Shown piece after piece: positions 63,501 through 64,000 of a stretch of 64,000 bases of DNA. Under the pieces are notes generated by a model. That model saw only the letters and a list, made by a program, of their open reading frames with translations, was not told the origin of the DNA and searched no databases. The DNA is from Anolis carolinensis (taxonomy: Eukaryota): NCBI RefSeq assembly GCF_035594765.1, contig NC_085844.1, forward strand, positions 231,896,107-231,960,106, written 5' to 3'. A program made the translations under genes and the position numbers. Numbering within the stretch: position 1 is the stretch's first letter; every line of letters starts with the position of its first letter.

Positions 63501-64000
63501 GAAACTCAAGTAATTTGTTGTGCCTTTGATATTCATTAACAGAATGTTATTATTTGGTGCAGTTTTTCCTGCTTTTATTTCATCATGGAAATCTAGGTGG
63601 GATACAAAGAGTTCTGCCCCATCCAGGCACAGATAATTGGAAAAACTGCTTAGCACAATAAATTGGCAGCATCATATGTCTTCAAATTGGAAGTTCTTTT
63701 TAGCATCAGTGCTCTCAAAACCAGATTGGCATGTGATTGATCAGAAGCACCGGGCTTCCATATGTTCATGGCTGTAAATATGCAATTAAGTGTGCTATAA
63801 TGTTTTTTTATGTTTGAAATTTGCTTTTTAACATCTGAAATGGACAATTTTAGTAATTTCAGTAGGGTAGAAATGTTTACTGAAAACTGTTTTGCCATTT
63901 TGGTGGTTTGCTTCCTTTTGTTGCTTGAGCGCCATTTGTTCTTCCAATTGTTCTTTTTGTTATAGAAGGGTTATACATTGTTGACAAATCACATACATTA
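53246..64000 (+). other. 5' part of TSHZ2 intron 1
   Basis: Begins at the GTAAG donor. No acidic or zinc-finger TSHZ exon-2 ORF is present in the window; TSHZ genes are known to have a very large first intron. Confidence 0.8.
57541..57599 (+). repeat. (AG)n microsatellite
   Basis: Directly visible. Confidence 0.97.

Overview
Vertebrate (squamate) genomic DNA, most likely an Anolis lizard. The basis is the repeat content, recognised from memory with no database search: Sauria SINE, 5S-headed SINE, Anolis SINE2-type tRNA SINE, young L2, R4/Dong, RTE, Penelope and hAT/Harbinger/mariner MITEs. About 1-52 kb is a TE-rich intergenic region with many nested insertions and a 128-N gap (33529-33656). 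At about 52.0-53.6 kb a CpG island holds the first exon of a teashirt-family gene: the coding part 53206-53245 reads MPRRKQQAPKRAA(G), followed by a GTAAG donor, and best matches TSHZ2. The remaining ~10.7 kb is the start of intron 1 and is nearly free of recognisable young TEs. Almost all other ORFs in the track are spurious or TE-derived. Main leads: (1) two dissimilar solo LTRs both carry an open frame from LTR base 2 with a shared acidic-GF ... RRxxRIAxK layout; (2) a triple TGATTGACA (PBX-MEIS-type) cluster ~22 kb upstream; (3) a single uATG in frame with TSHZ2 and separated from it by one TGA; (4) a composite hAT element carrying mariner, Penelope and Harbinger pieces; (5) an ~80-bp inverted templated copy of flanking DNA inside a MITE. 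None of these is a confirmed new system.
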